Notes: a model not told the origin generated them from the sequence alone. Shown: positions 1-7,262, numbered from the stretch's first letter. The stretch is DNA of 24,000 nt from Sporosarcina sp. 6E9 (GCF_017921835.1 NZ_JAGEMN010000001.1:155874-179873); one strand, 5' to 3'. Program-made: numbers and translations.

Positions 1-377
1 ATGAAGATGTTCTGAAGTACTTGGCAACAAAAGCAGAGGAAAATGGAATGACCAATATAAAAACGCTTGTATCAGATTTCAAAGATTTACAACTTGGTAA
101 CGAAGAAGTTGATAAGGCGATTGCATCAATTTCACTTCACGAAGTTCAACCAATTTCGCTTGCATTAAGCGAAATATATCGGGTCCTAAAAGATCAAGGC
201 GTGTTTCTTTGCATCGAATTAGAAAAGTCTGCGATATCTACTGGACCTAGAGTTTCATCGAAAGATATGAGAGAAGAAGTTTTAAATGCTGGGTTTGATC
301 ATGTCGAAACTTTTTATCCGCAAACAAAATTGGCTAACCAATCTGTTTATATAGTTGTTGCACAAAAAAACAAATAA
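1..377 (+). CDS. class I SAM-dependent methyltransferase, C-terminal part (5' end lies left of the window)
   Basis: Frame 3 is open from nt 3 (EDVLKYLATKAEENG...), so the Met at 21 in the ORF track is internal. DKAIASISLHEVQPISLALSEIYRVLKDQGVFLCIELEK resembles the core after motif I of Methyltransf_11/25-type enzymes. A strong terminator follows. Confidence 0.7.
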   Translation, partial: EDVLKYLATKAEENGMTNIKTLVSDFKDLQLGNEEVDKAIASISLHEVQPISLALSEIYRVLKDQGVFLCIELEKSAISTGPRVSSKDMREEVLNAGFDHVETFYPQTKLANQSVYIVVAQKNK

Positions 378-387
378 TAAGGTATTG

Positions 388-430
388 AACTAGTTGTTAA
401 GATCAAACTTAACAACTAGTTTTATCTTTT
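388..430 (+). terminator. rho-independent terminator
   Basis: Perfect 14-bp stem, aactagttgttaag (388-401) / cttaacaactagtt (408-421), with a 6-nt loop and then a T-rich tract (ttatctttt). Confidence 0.8.
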
Positions 431-501
431 ATTGTAAAAAAGGAGTATTAAAATGAGTACAAAAGAAAAGCTGAATTCTAGCGCTATATAATCTCGTTGA
501 T

Positions 502-1746
502 ATGTTCTACATTTCACTTGCAGAAGGGGTCGATGCCGTTGCAGGATTAACTGTTTCTTTCCCTGTGATGATGATTGTTATGACATTAGCAGCATCTGTA
601 GGCGTGGGGACGGCTTCGGTAATCGCTAGACGGTTAGGAGAAGAACGAATTGACGAATCCAACAAGATTTTCGGGACTTTTATATTTTTAATCCTACTCA
701 TTAGTGTAGTAAGTATACTCGTTGGTATTTTCTTATTGGATCATCTTTTGATATTATTTGGGGCAACAGAAAATATTATTGGTTATGCTTCTGCTTATAT
801 GTTACCAATCCTATTAGGTTTCGTTTTTGTTAGTTTCTCAATGGCCACAAATATTGTGATACGGGCAGAGGGAAATGCGAAATTTGCCATGTATGCAACG
901 ATTATCCCTGCAATCATTAACATTATTATTGATCCTATCCTTATATTCGATTTTGGTTTTGGGTTAGGCGTTATGGGTGCTGGTATAGCAACCGTAATCT
1001 CACAAGGGATAATGAGTATAATCATTTTGATCTATTATCATAAAGGTTATAGCGCTCTTACAATTCTTCTTCAAAATATAAGAATGAAGGTTTCTACTAT
1101 AAAAGAGATTGTCGCTATTGGGTTTCCAACATTTATGCACACTGCATCATTTAGCATAATCGCGATATTGATCAACACGATGTTGATAAAATACGGAGGA
1201 GATATGCATTTGGCAGCCTATGGTGTCGCACAACGCGTCATTGCCTTTGCTATCATACCTATTAATGGGGTCATGCAAGGGATGTTACCAATTGTAGGGT
1301 ACAACTACGGTGCACAACTATATGAAAGAATGAGAAAGACGATATGGTTATCATTTAGATATGTTGTGTTTACTTCTATAGTCGTCGTTCTTCTCGTTCA
1401 ATTATTCCCCGAGTATGCCATGAGTATTTTCACAAGTGATCCAGAATTTATAAAAATCGGGTCAAATGCAATGAAAATCATTTTTTCTCTTTATTTTGTT
1501 GTTGGCGTACAAATTATTGCTGGAGGTATTTATCAGGCTTTAGGGAAACCTAAACAAGCTTTGATTCTTTCTCTATCCAGACAAGTGTTTTTCTTGGTAC
1601 CGTTAGTGATAATTTTACCTATTTATTTCGGTGTGTACGGGGTGTTTATTGCATTCCCTATCGCTGATTTATTAACATTTATTCTAGCAAGTTATATGCT
1701 TTATCGGGATAGAGTTACAATCCTAGTTAAAGGCATAAACGAATAA
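502..1746 (+). CDS. MATE family efflux transporter (MepA/DinF-like), with the 5' end apparently disrupted
   Basis: The protein is polytopic and hydrophobic. YNLVDMFYIS...VAGLTVSFPVMMIVMTLAASVGVGTASVIARRLGE and later ...IIDPILIFDFGFGLGVMGAGIATVISQ match the MepA-type MATE pattern. The only good RBS (aaggag, 7 nt spacer) serves an ATG at 453 in a different frame that stops at 489-491. The ATG at 502 has no Shine-Dalgarno sequence (see finding). Confidence 0.8.
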   Translation: MFYISLAEGVDAVAGLTVSFPVMMIVMTLAASVGVGTASVIARRLGEERIDESNKIFGTFIFLILLISVVSILVGIFLLDHLLILFGATENIIGYASAYMLPILLGFVFVSFSMATNIVIRAEGNAKFAMYATIIPAIINIIIDPILIFDFGFGLGVMGAGIATVISQGIMSIIILIYYHKGYSALTILLQNIRMKVSTIKEIVAIGFPTFMHTASFSIIAILINTMLIKYGGDMHLAAYGVAQRVIAFAIIPINGVMQGMLPIVGYNYGAQLYERMRKTIWLSFRYVVFTSIVVVLLVQLFPEYAMSIFTSDPEFIKIGSNAMKIIFSLYFVVGVQIIAGGIYQALGKPKQALILSLSRQVFFLVPLVIILPIYFGVYGVFIAFPIADLLTFILASYMLYRDRVTILVKGINE

Positions 1747-1819
1747 AGCGGGTTTTCATTTGTGTATTATAGATATTATGGATAGACTTTAATATAATAT
1801 AATAAATGGGGTTGAAAGC

Positions 1820-2290
1820 ATGCAATTTGCGAAAAGCACTGATTATGCGCTACACGCCTTAGTATATTTGGCTAATTCAGAGAGCGAAGACAAAATAGGT
1901 ATTAAGGAATTAGCCAATAAGCTAGACGTATCGGAGAGTTATTTGTCGAAAATTATGACGCAGTTACGGAAAGATGGAATCATAAGGGCTGTCCCTGGTG
2001 TAAAAGGTGGATATGAATTATCACGTTCAGCTAGTCATATCACATTTTTGGATGTTATTTTGTCCACTGAAGGTAGACAAGACATGTTTAATTGTTCTAA
2101 TTCAGATTCTAGACAACATACGTCATTGACTGATGAAAGCAATGGCCAATTAATGAATCAAGAAGAAAATCAACGTGTTTGTAGAATTAAAGAGGTCATG
2201 GACAATGCGGAAGGTGTCTTACAACAATTTTTGGAGAATCAAACCATACAATCTATTTTAGAAAAGGCTAAAAAAGACCGTAATACGTAA
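1820..2290 (+). CDS. Rrf2 family transcriptional regulator
   Basis: The N-terminal winged helix-turn-helix STDYALHALVYLANSE...IGIKELANKLDVSESYLSKIMTQLRKDGIIRAVPGVKGGYEL is the Rrf2 signature. Size is 156 aa. Confidence 0.85.
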   Translation: MQFAKSTDYALHALVYLANSESEDKIGIKELANKLDVSESYLSKIMTQLRKDGIIRAVPGVKGGYELSRSASHITFLDVILSTEGRQDMFNCSNSDSRQHTSLTDESNGQLMNQEENQRVCRIKEVMDNAEGVLQQFLENQTIQSILEKAKKDRNT

Positions 2291-2364
2291 TACGTGAACG
2301 GTGTTATTTCTAGTTATGGTTAAATCCTATACAGCTAATCCTTTTCCTAGTTCAACAAACGGCC

Positions 2365-2807
2365 CGATAGTGGAACAACAAAAGCCTGATTTCCCTTTTA
2401 TATAAAAGAGAAACCAGGCTTTTTTTGTGAATGAAATCTAGCACATAACAATAATTTGGGAAGGTGTCGTCTGCGCTGGGATACTTCGCGTCGTCGCTCC
2501 GAAAACCACGATTAGATAACGATTAGCAGGATTCCGATTAAAGACCTGCCCGTTTTCCAATAAAATCTTAGTGTCTCGTGAAATATTTAATCTTAGATCA
2601 CCAGCACTATTTACCAACTGATAATTAAAAAAGTCCACATCCACATTTTGACCAGATGCATCTTTCGCCATCACAACGGCTTGATATTGTGGCGGATAAA
2701 TCATCGGAACGGGTACATCTATATCGTAAAATCCCGTCACCCGGTCACCCACCCGCACGACCCGATGATCCACAAAATACGTATCCGGTGCGATGACGAA
2801 ATTCACC
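2365..2807. repeat. direct repeat copy A (~443 bp), paired with 6319-6759
   Basis: Aligns base by base with 6319-6759. The alignment covers the shared terminator hairpin and the 3' 366 nt (122 codons) of the paralogous minus-strand genes. It stops abruptly after ...gaaattcacc (2807 / 6759). Confidence 0.85.
2381..2428 (-). terminator. rho-independent terminator of the 2438-2842 gene (duplicated with it)
   Basis: Stem aaagcctgatttc (2381-2393) / gaaaccaggcttt (2410-2422) with one mismatch. On the minus strand the hairpin is followed by tgttgtt. The + strand carries a T7 run. Confidence 0.6.
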
Positions 2808-2842
2808 AGTGACTGGCACTTTTTTTGTGGATTTTTATCCAA
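2438..2842 (-). CDS. hypothetical protein, a 5'-replaced or truncated paralogue of 6390-6875 that may be non-functional
   Basis: The last 122 aa differ at only 9 positions from the 6390-6875 product, counted from the supplied translations. The first 12 codons (MDKNPQKKCQSL, TTG start) are unrelated to copy B and have no Shine-Dalgarno sequence upstream. Confidence 0.5.
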   Translation of the reverse strand: MDKNPQKKCQSLVNFVIAPDTYFVDHRVVRVGDRVTGFYDIDVPVPMIYPPQYQAVVMAKDASGQNVDVDFFNYQLVNSAGDLRLNISRDTKILLENGQVFNRNPANRYLIVVFGATTRSIPAQTTPSQIIVMC

Positions 2843-2862
2843 AGTGGTGAATCATTTTAATA

Positions 2863-2891
2863 TAAACCTAGTCTTAACCTAATCTAAACCT
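2863..2891 (+). promoter_or_regulatory. three 7-mer direct repeats with 11-bp phasing (TAAACCT / TTAACCT / TAAACCT), a candidate response-regulator site
   Basis: Repeats lie at 2863-2869, 2874-2880 and 2885-2891, about 80 nt upstream of the lipoprotein gene start at 2971. A homologous pair of repeats occurs at 4631-4648. Confidence 0.45.
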
Positions 2892-2970
2892 TCAACTTGT
2901 ACTGTTAGTAAATAAGTAAGGATATTTAAAGGTTAGTATTTCAGTCAATTAAATAGAAGGGAGAGGTGAC

Positions 2971-4353
2971 ATGATGAACAAATTTCTTACAATACTATTG
3001 CTTTTATCGGCATTTATCATTACTGGGTGTACAAATTCGCCGGCGAAAACCTTAGTAAAGTTTGAAGATATTGTTGCGGAAAAGGATGTTGAGGAATTAT
3101 TCAAGTTAGTCAGCATAGAGGAAGGGGTTTATTGGTCAGAGAAAGAAGCGGAAGATGTAATTGATTATTTTTCTGAAAATACATCAGCCTATGAAGAACA
3201 GTTGAGTTTGCTTCATGGTCAAAAAGATGCGTTAAAAGAAAAGAAAAATCCTGTAAATGAAACAGGTCTATTTTATTTCAATGACGAAAAAAAGTTAGCT
3301 GTTAGAACATATGAGGTTTCATTGGATAAAGGAAGTTTTGTTAAATTTAAGGAATTACTTGTCTCTATTCGAGAGGATGAAGCGATTAGAAAAGAAGATG
3401 GTAGTGATGAAAATATAGTCGTCGGCTTGTTTGGTCCTGGTCAATATAATTTAAAGGGTCACGCGGACTATGGGTATGTGACATTAGATGATACTACTGA
3501 TGTTGCATTGTTTGACGATAAGGATTTCAACATGGAAATTGAATTGGATTTAAAGGGAGAGGCGGATACATTCTTCTCTAGTCAACCGAACACAAATTTA
3601 TATATTAATGACAGCAAAATAAATCAGGATATCGGCGAAAAAGATGGAGTCAGTATTCAACCGCTTGTGGATGGATTGATCCTTCGAGCCGAAAATGAGT
3701 TTTCGTGGGGGAAATTAGTAAGTGAGGAACTTGAATATACAAAAGATATGATCGGTCAGGAAAACTATAACAACAGCGACTTTTCGGTAGTTAATGGAGT
3801 TGATTTAACACCCTATATTTTTACCGATGAAGAGGGTAAAAAAGAGATTGCTCAAATTATTACGGGTTTTAATGAAAAATTATTAAAAGGCCTTGCCGAA
3901 AATGAGCCTAGTTATCTCGATGATGCTGTGGCGACGGACGAGGCAAAAGCGGGGTATGACTCAGATTTTGAAATTTTAACTCAAGTGGAAAAAGGTGAAT
4001 TAACTGTATCAAGTTTTCCATATGGGACGGGGGCATGGTTTGTTGGTCACTATAAGGGAGGGTTACTAGAATCGATAATTGACTTTTCACATGCTGAAAA
4101 TCCGATAGATGAAGAAACAAGTGAGGATCTATTAGTCCTAAAAGTTATGCTTAAGACAAATTTCTTCTATATACCAGAAGGCTCTGACGTATCAAGCCTT
4201 ACAAAAGACACCATAAATTATATAGAACCAATTATTCATTTGAAAAAAGAAGACGATCAGTGGATTATTGCCGCACAAACAATAAACTTAAAGGCTTGGA
4301 ATGATGAGTTAGAGCTAACAGGCGAACAGCTTGTTAAGACAAATGTTGAGTAG
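2971..4353 (+). CDS. lipoprotein of unknown function (N-terminal region resembles TcaA/YvbJ-type extracellular domains)
   Basis: RBS gaagggagagg. Signal peptide MMNKFLTILLLLSAFIITG|C with lipobox I-T-G-C. The KFEDIVAEKDVEELFKLVS...WSEKEAEDVIDYFSENTS pattern recalls the TcaA second domain; this part of the call has low confidence. Confidence 0.75.
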   Translation: MMNKFLTILLLLSAFIITGCTNSPAKTLVKFEDIVAEKDVEELFKLVSIEEGVYWSEKEAEDVIDYFSENTSAYEEQLSLLHGQKDALKEKKNPVNETGLFYFNDEKKLAVRTYEVSLDKGSFVKFKELLVSIREDEAIRKEDGSDENIVVGLFGPGQYNLKGHADYGYVTLDDTTDVALFDDKDFNMEIELDLKGEADTFFSSQPNTNLYINDSKINQDIGEKDGVSIQPLVDGLILRAENEFSWGKLVSEELEYTKDMIGQENYNNSDFSVVNGVDLTPYIFTDEEGKKEIAQIITGFNEKLLKGLAENEPSYLDDAVATDEAKAGYDSDFEILTQVEKGELTVSSFPYGTGAWFVGHYKGGLLESIIDFSHAENPIDEETSEDLLVLKVMLKTNFFYIPEGSDVSSLTKDTINYIEPIIHLKKEDDQWIIAAQTINLKAWNDELELTGEQLVKTNVE

Positions 4354-4363
4354 AAAAAGTAGT

Positions 4364-4531
4364 CTAACTACTTATGAAATTGATGTGTTGCCATAATTCA
4401 ACCTTGCACAGTGACATTAAATAAAGTGCAGCAGTAGAAATTGATTTAATATCAAAACCGATTAATTTTTGACCTAAAAAGCCAATGAAAAAAATGAAGA
4501 AAACAGGTAAAACAATCATAATTAAATTCAA
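4364..4531 (-). pseudogene. N-terminal stub of an AEC (auxin efflux carrier) family permease
   Basis: Not in the ORF track (55 aa). It has RBS ggaggtg (4539-4545), a 7-nt spacer and a TTG start at 4531. The product MNLIMIVLPVFFIFFIGFLGQKLIGFDIKSISTAALYLMS... matches the characteristic AEC N-terminus, then runs into unrelated sequence and stops at 4364-4366, 11 nt from the convergent lipoprotein gene. Confidence 0.45.
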
Positions 4532-4630
4532 ATCGATTCACCTCCATCTAGTGATCTTCTAAATAGCATAGCAGAAGTCAAACTATCGGTCATCGTGTAG
4601 CTGAAAGTAAAAGACTGACTCTTTAAATAT

Positions 4631-4648
4631 TTAACCTCATCTTAACCT
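4631..4648 (+). promoter_or_regulatory. two TTAACCT direct repeats with 11-bp phasing (same motif as 2863-2891)
   Basis: TTAACCT at 4631-4637 and 4642-4648. The flanks (aaatatTTAACCTcatcTTAACCT) align with 2858-2880 (taatatAAACCTagtcTTAACCT). The site is upstream of the secreted-protein pseudogene. Confidence 0.45.
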
Positions 4649-4757
4649 TTGATGAGTACACTTATTTGGAAAGGGAGATGTAGTGGCGTAACAACCCCAT
4701 ATCCCTGAATAGAAAATATTGAAGGGAGAATTAGCTCTGAATTCAAATCGTTAGAAA

Positions 4758-5258
4758 TTGCGTAAACCATTGCATAAGAATTTGCTTATTTTATTTTGCA
4801 TGGCATTAATGTTCAGTCCATACGGAGCAACGGGGCAGGTTTATGCAGAAGAAAACGAGTGAGCCTGCTTATGAGAAAAATAAAGTAGGTCCATATATTT
4901 TCAGTGGGGAATTTGTTTTAAAGGATGGCATTACGAATTCTCAAAATCACAAACTGAATTACTGGGTAAATGTCGTTGATTTCGATGACGAAGGTAGTGG
5001 CGATGAAAATGAAGGTGTAGAGAAAGACGAAGATGGAGAAATAATAGAAGAAGCTAAAGAAAAAGAAGTAAAAGTCGAAGCTGAAAATATAAAAGTAAGA
5101 GAAAGAGAAGACTCAAAGGATATTGCTGTTGTCACTAAATTTAACGATGACTCCAACAAACAGCGACATCTCTTCACGCAATCCTGTTGGTGGGATTAAT
5201 GCTTATACTATTAGGTGGAGCATCGTACTATATGGCAAGAAAGGAACATGCTATTTAA
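4758..5258 (+). pseudogene. secreted acidic protein with a C-terminal membrane or sortase-type anchor, disrupted by at least two frameshifts
   Basis: The frame with coordinate mod 3 = 0 encodes (L)RKPLHKNLLILFCMALMFSPYGATGQVYA|EENE and stops at 4860-4862. The body (ORF 4843-5199) is in frame mod 3 = 1. The frame-0 segment 5151-5258 encodes LQQTATSLHAILLVGLMLILLGGASYYMARKEHAI, which is a hydrophobic helix plus a basic tail. Confidence 0.55.
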
Positions 5259-5360
5259 GGTGGTAGCTAAGGTTGTGAATAAATACTAAGCGTTTCTTTT
5301 GGTATTTATTATTGTTGGTAGGGTCTTAGTCTTGAACATCAAAATAAGGAGAGATAGGAA

Positions 5361-6002
5361 ATGAAAAAGTTTTCAATGTTACTGCTAATCGCAATATTAG
5401 CGTTGTCAGCTTGTGGTGTTAAATTAAACGATGGCGATGAAAAAGAGGTGGAAGCACAAGAAATTACAAAAGAAAAATCTGAAGTTAAGGAAAACGAGGA
5501 GAGTGAATCCGATTCAACTGAAAAAGATGAGAAAGACAATGAAGATTCCTCCATTGTTGAAATCATTTTTCCAGCATCTTTTTACGAAGGTATGGATTCA
5601 GATGAGGTAATTGCTAACTTGAACGCGGAAGGTATGGATGATGTTACCGCGAATGATGACGGTTCATATACCATCAAGATGTCAAAAGAACGGCATGTGT
5701 CATATCTTCAAGAGTTAAGAGATGATATTGATTCGGATCTTCAAGGTATGGTAGAAATGATGGAAATCGAATCGATAACGGAGATTGCGATGAATGAAGA
5801 TGTAACGGAACTAACTGTAAGCATCAATCAAGACCTATATGATGAATATATGAATGGCTTAGTATTAATGGATTTTGCGTTATATGCAAGTATGTTTCAA
5901 ATGATGAATGGTGTAAGTGAAGCAGACTTTGATTTCCAAGTAGTTTTGGTCGATGATAAAACTGGTGAAGAATTCAAGAGAACTTCTGTCTATGATGAGT
6001 AG
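5361..6002 (+). CDS. acidic lipoprotein of unknown function
   Basis: RBS aaggaga. Signal peptide MKKFSMLLLIAILALSA|C with lipobox L-S-A-C. An acidic low-complexity linker follows. A strong terminator lies downstream. Confidence 0.8.
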   Translation: MKKFSMLLLIAILALSACGVKLNDGDEKEVEAQEITKEKSEVKENEESESDSTEKDEKDNEDSSIVEIIFPASFYEGMDSDEVIANLNAEGMDDVTANDDGSYTIKMSKERHVSYLQELRDDIDSDLQGMVEMMEIESITEIAMNEDVTELTVSINQDLYDEYMNGLVLMDFALYASMFQMMNGVSEADFDFQVVLVDDKTGEEFKRTSVYDE

Positions 6003-6012
6003 TTGATGTACA

Positions 6013-6058
6013 AAAAAAGGTTTCTACAACAGAAATATCTGTTGTAGAAACCTTTTTT
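6013..6058 (+). terminator. rho-independent terminator
   Basis: Perfect 20-bp stem, aaaaaaggtttctacaacag (6013-6032) / ctgttgtagaaacctttttt (6039-6058), with loop aaatat. The A and T runs would allow it to act in both directions. Confidence 0.85.
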
Positions 6059-6126
6059 ATGAAGAAATAATATTTAATCAGTAAATTAAAGTAAATATAA
6101 AGGAGTTTTTATGCGAACGTAAATTC

Positions 6127-6192
6127 GCGTACCTGTGCATGAAACTATCGTGAAAGTTTAAACAATCATGATTGTTTGTCACACAGGTACGC
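6127..6192. repeat. nested inverted-repeat element (11-bp outer arms enclosing an 18-bp perfect palindrome)
   Basis: Outer arms are gcgtacctgtg (6127-6137) / cacaggtacgc (6182-6192). Inside is the palindrome aaacaatcatgattgttt (6160-6177). The element is preceded by aaggag-N6-ATG CGA ACG TAA (6111-6122). Confidence 0.4.
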
Positions 6193-6318
6193 TAAATCTA
6201 ATCTCAAGAAGACTAATTTAATTAAAATGATAAAGGAAAATAGACGAGTTTGCTGACTTTGCTGTAGGTAGTGAACATTGGGATTCAGATGAATAAACAC
6301 TATCTCAATAAATGAGCG

Positions 6319-6759
6319 CGATTGTGGAACAACAAAAGCCTGATTTCCCTTTTATCAAAGAGAAACCAGGCTTTTTTTGTGAATGAAATCTAGCACAAAA
6401 CAATAATTTGAGAAGGCGTTGTCTGCGCTGGAATACTGCGCGTCGTCGCTCCGAAAACCACGATTAAAAAGCGATTGGCAGGGTTCCGGTTAAAAACTTG
6501 CCCGTTTTCCAATAAAATCTTAGTCTCCCGTGAAATATTTAATCTTAGATCACCATCACTATTAACCAACTGACGATTGAAAAAGTCCACAGTCACATTT
6601 TGACCAGGTGCATCTTTCGCCATCACGACTGCTGCATATTGTGGCGGGTAAATCATCGGAACGGGTACATCTATATCGTAAAATCCCGTCACCCGGTCAC
6701 CCACCCGCACGACCCGATGATCCACAAAATAAGTATCGGGTGCGACGACGAAATTCACC
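6319..6759. repeat. direct repeat copy B (~441 bp), paired with 2365-2807
   Basis: See copy A. This copy includes terminator 6335-6380 and the 3' 366 nt (122 codons) of the 6390-6875 gene. Confidence 0.85.
6335..6380 (-). terminator. rho-independent terminator of the 6390-6875 gene
   Basis: Stem aaagcctgatttc (6335-6347) / gaaaccaggcttt (6362-6374). It is the duplicate of the 2381-2428 hairpin. Confidence 0.6.
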
Positions 6760-6875
6760 ATATCCCCACGCTCATCTTCAACAGAAAATAATTGATAACA
6801 ACCCCCTACATCATTTGGAGTGGTTGGAAAATCAGTGATCATCGTTACCGTACCGCTGAAAGATTGAAAGTTCAT
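6390..6875 (-). CDS. hypothetical protein (the full-length member of the duplicated family)
   Basis: Good RBS (ataggaggcattaacaag-ATG). It is a 161-aa soluble protein with no motif I can assign. Its C-terminal 122 aa are shared with 2438-2842. Confidence 0.7.
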   Translation of the reverse strand: MNFQSFSGTVTMITDFPTTPNDVGGCYQLFSVEDERGDMVNFVVAPDTYFVDHRVVRVGDRVTGFYDIDVPVPMIYPPQYAAVVMAKDAPGQNVTVDFFNRQLVNSDGDLRLNISRETKILLENGQVFNRNPANRFLIVVFGATTRSIPAQTTPSQIIVLC

Positions 6876-7026
6876 CTTGTTAATGCCTCCTATGATAATG
6901 AATATTATACCTCATGTAGGTTATGCGAGATGAAGGGGGAGTGTTAGTATTCATAGGAAGTTGCCATCATTGATAAGTGTCGGAAAATACTCTATATTTA
7001 AAGAGAGTCATTAGAGGAGGGATACC

Positions 7027-7251
7027 ATGTCCGATTGGTTAACGAGTCTACAAACAGATACACCTCAACAAGGATTCGAACTCGCGATTCAACTTGCACG
7101 AAAAGGTGTCGCCTACACGCAACCTTCCGCAGAAATTAGAAATCAGCTAAGAGACGCGTACGCAAATAATGCCGATAGCCTAACGCAGTCATCACAAGTG
7201 ATCGCAACACATTATCAAACCGTTGCTGCTGCGAATGATTATTGGAAATAG
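7027..7251 (+). CDS. small hypothetical protein (74 aa)
   Basis: RBS agaggaggg, 6-nt spacer, ATG. Divergent from 6390-6875 and followed by a hairpin plus T-run. No recognisable motif. Confidence 0.55.
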   Translation: MSDWLTSLQTDTPQQGFELAIQLARKGVAYTQPSAEIRNQLRDAYANNADSLTQSSQVIATHYQTVAAANDYWK

Positions 7252-7262
7252 TGGTTGGATGA

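Noticed and set aside
474-486. Adjacent GAATTC and AGCGCT restriction sites at the MATE 5' lesion, as a hint of an engineered scar
   Set aside because: Two hexamer sites adjacent to each other are not significant on their own, and nothing else nearby looks vector-derived.
507-1025. Minus-strand ORFs 507-701 and 795-1025 inside the MATE gene
   Set aside because: They lie antisense to a clearly coding hydrophobic transporter frame, have no RBS and have mirror-image composition. These are typical shadow ORFs.
3908-4120. Minus-strand ORF inside the 2971-4353 lipoprotein gene
   Set aside because: Antisense shadow ORF with no start context or motif.
4959-5566. Ser/Phe-rich minus-strand ORFs 4959-5177 and 5339-5566
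   Set aside because: They are the reverse-complement reading of GAA/GAT/AAA-rich acidic low-complexity coding sequence on the + strand. This is a compositional artefact.
6600-6838. Plus-strand ORFs 6600-6791 and 6608-6838
   Set aside because: Both are antisense to the 6390-6875 gene, whose frame is validated by the conserved paralogue. Neither has an RBS.
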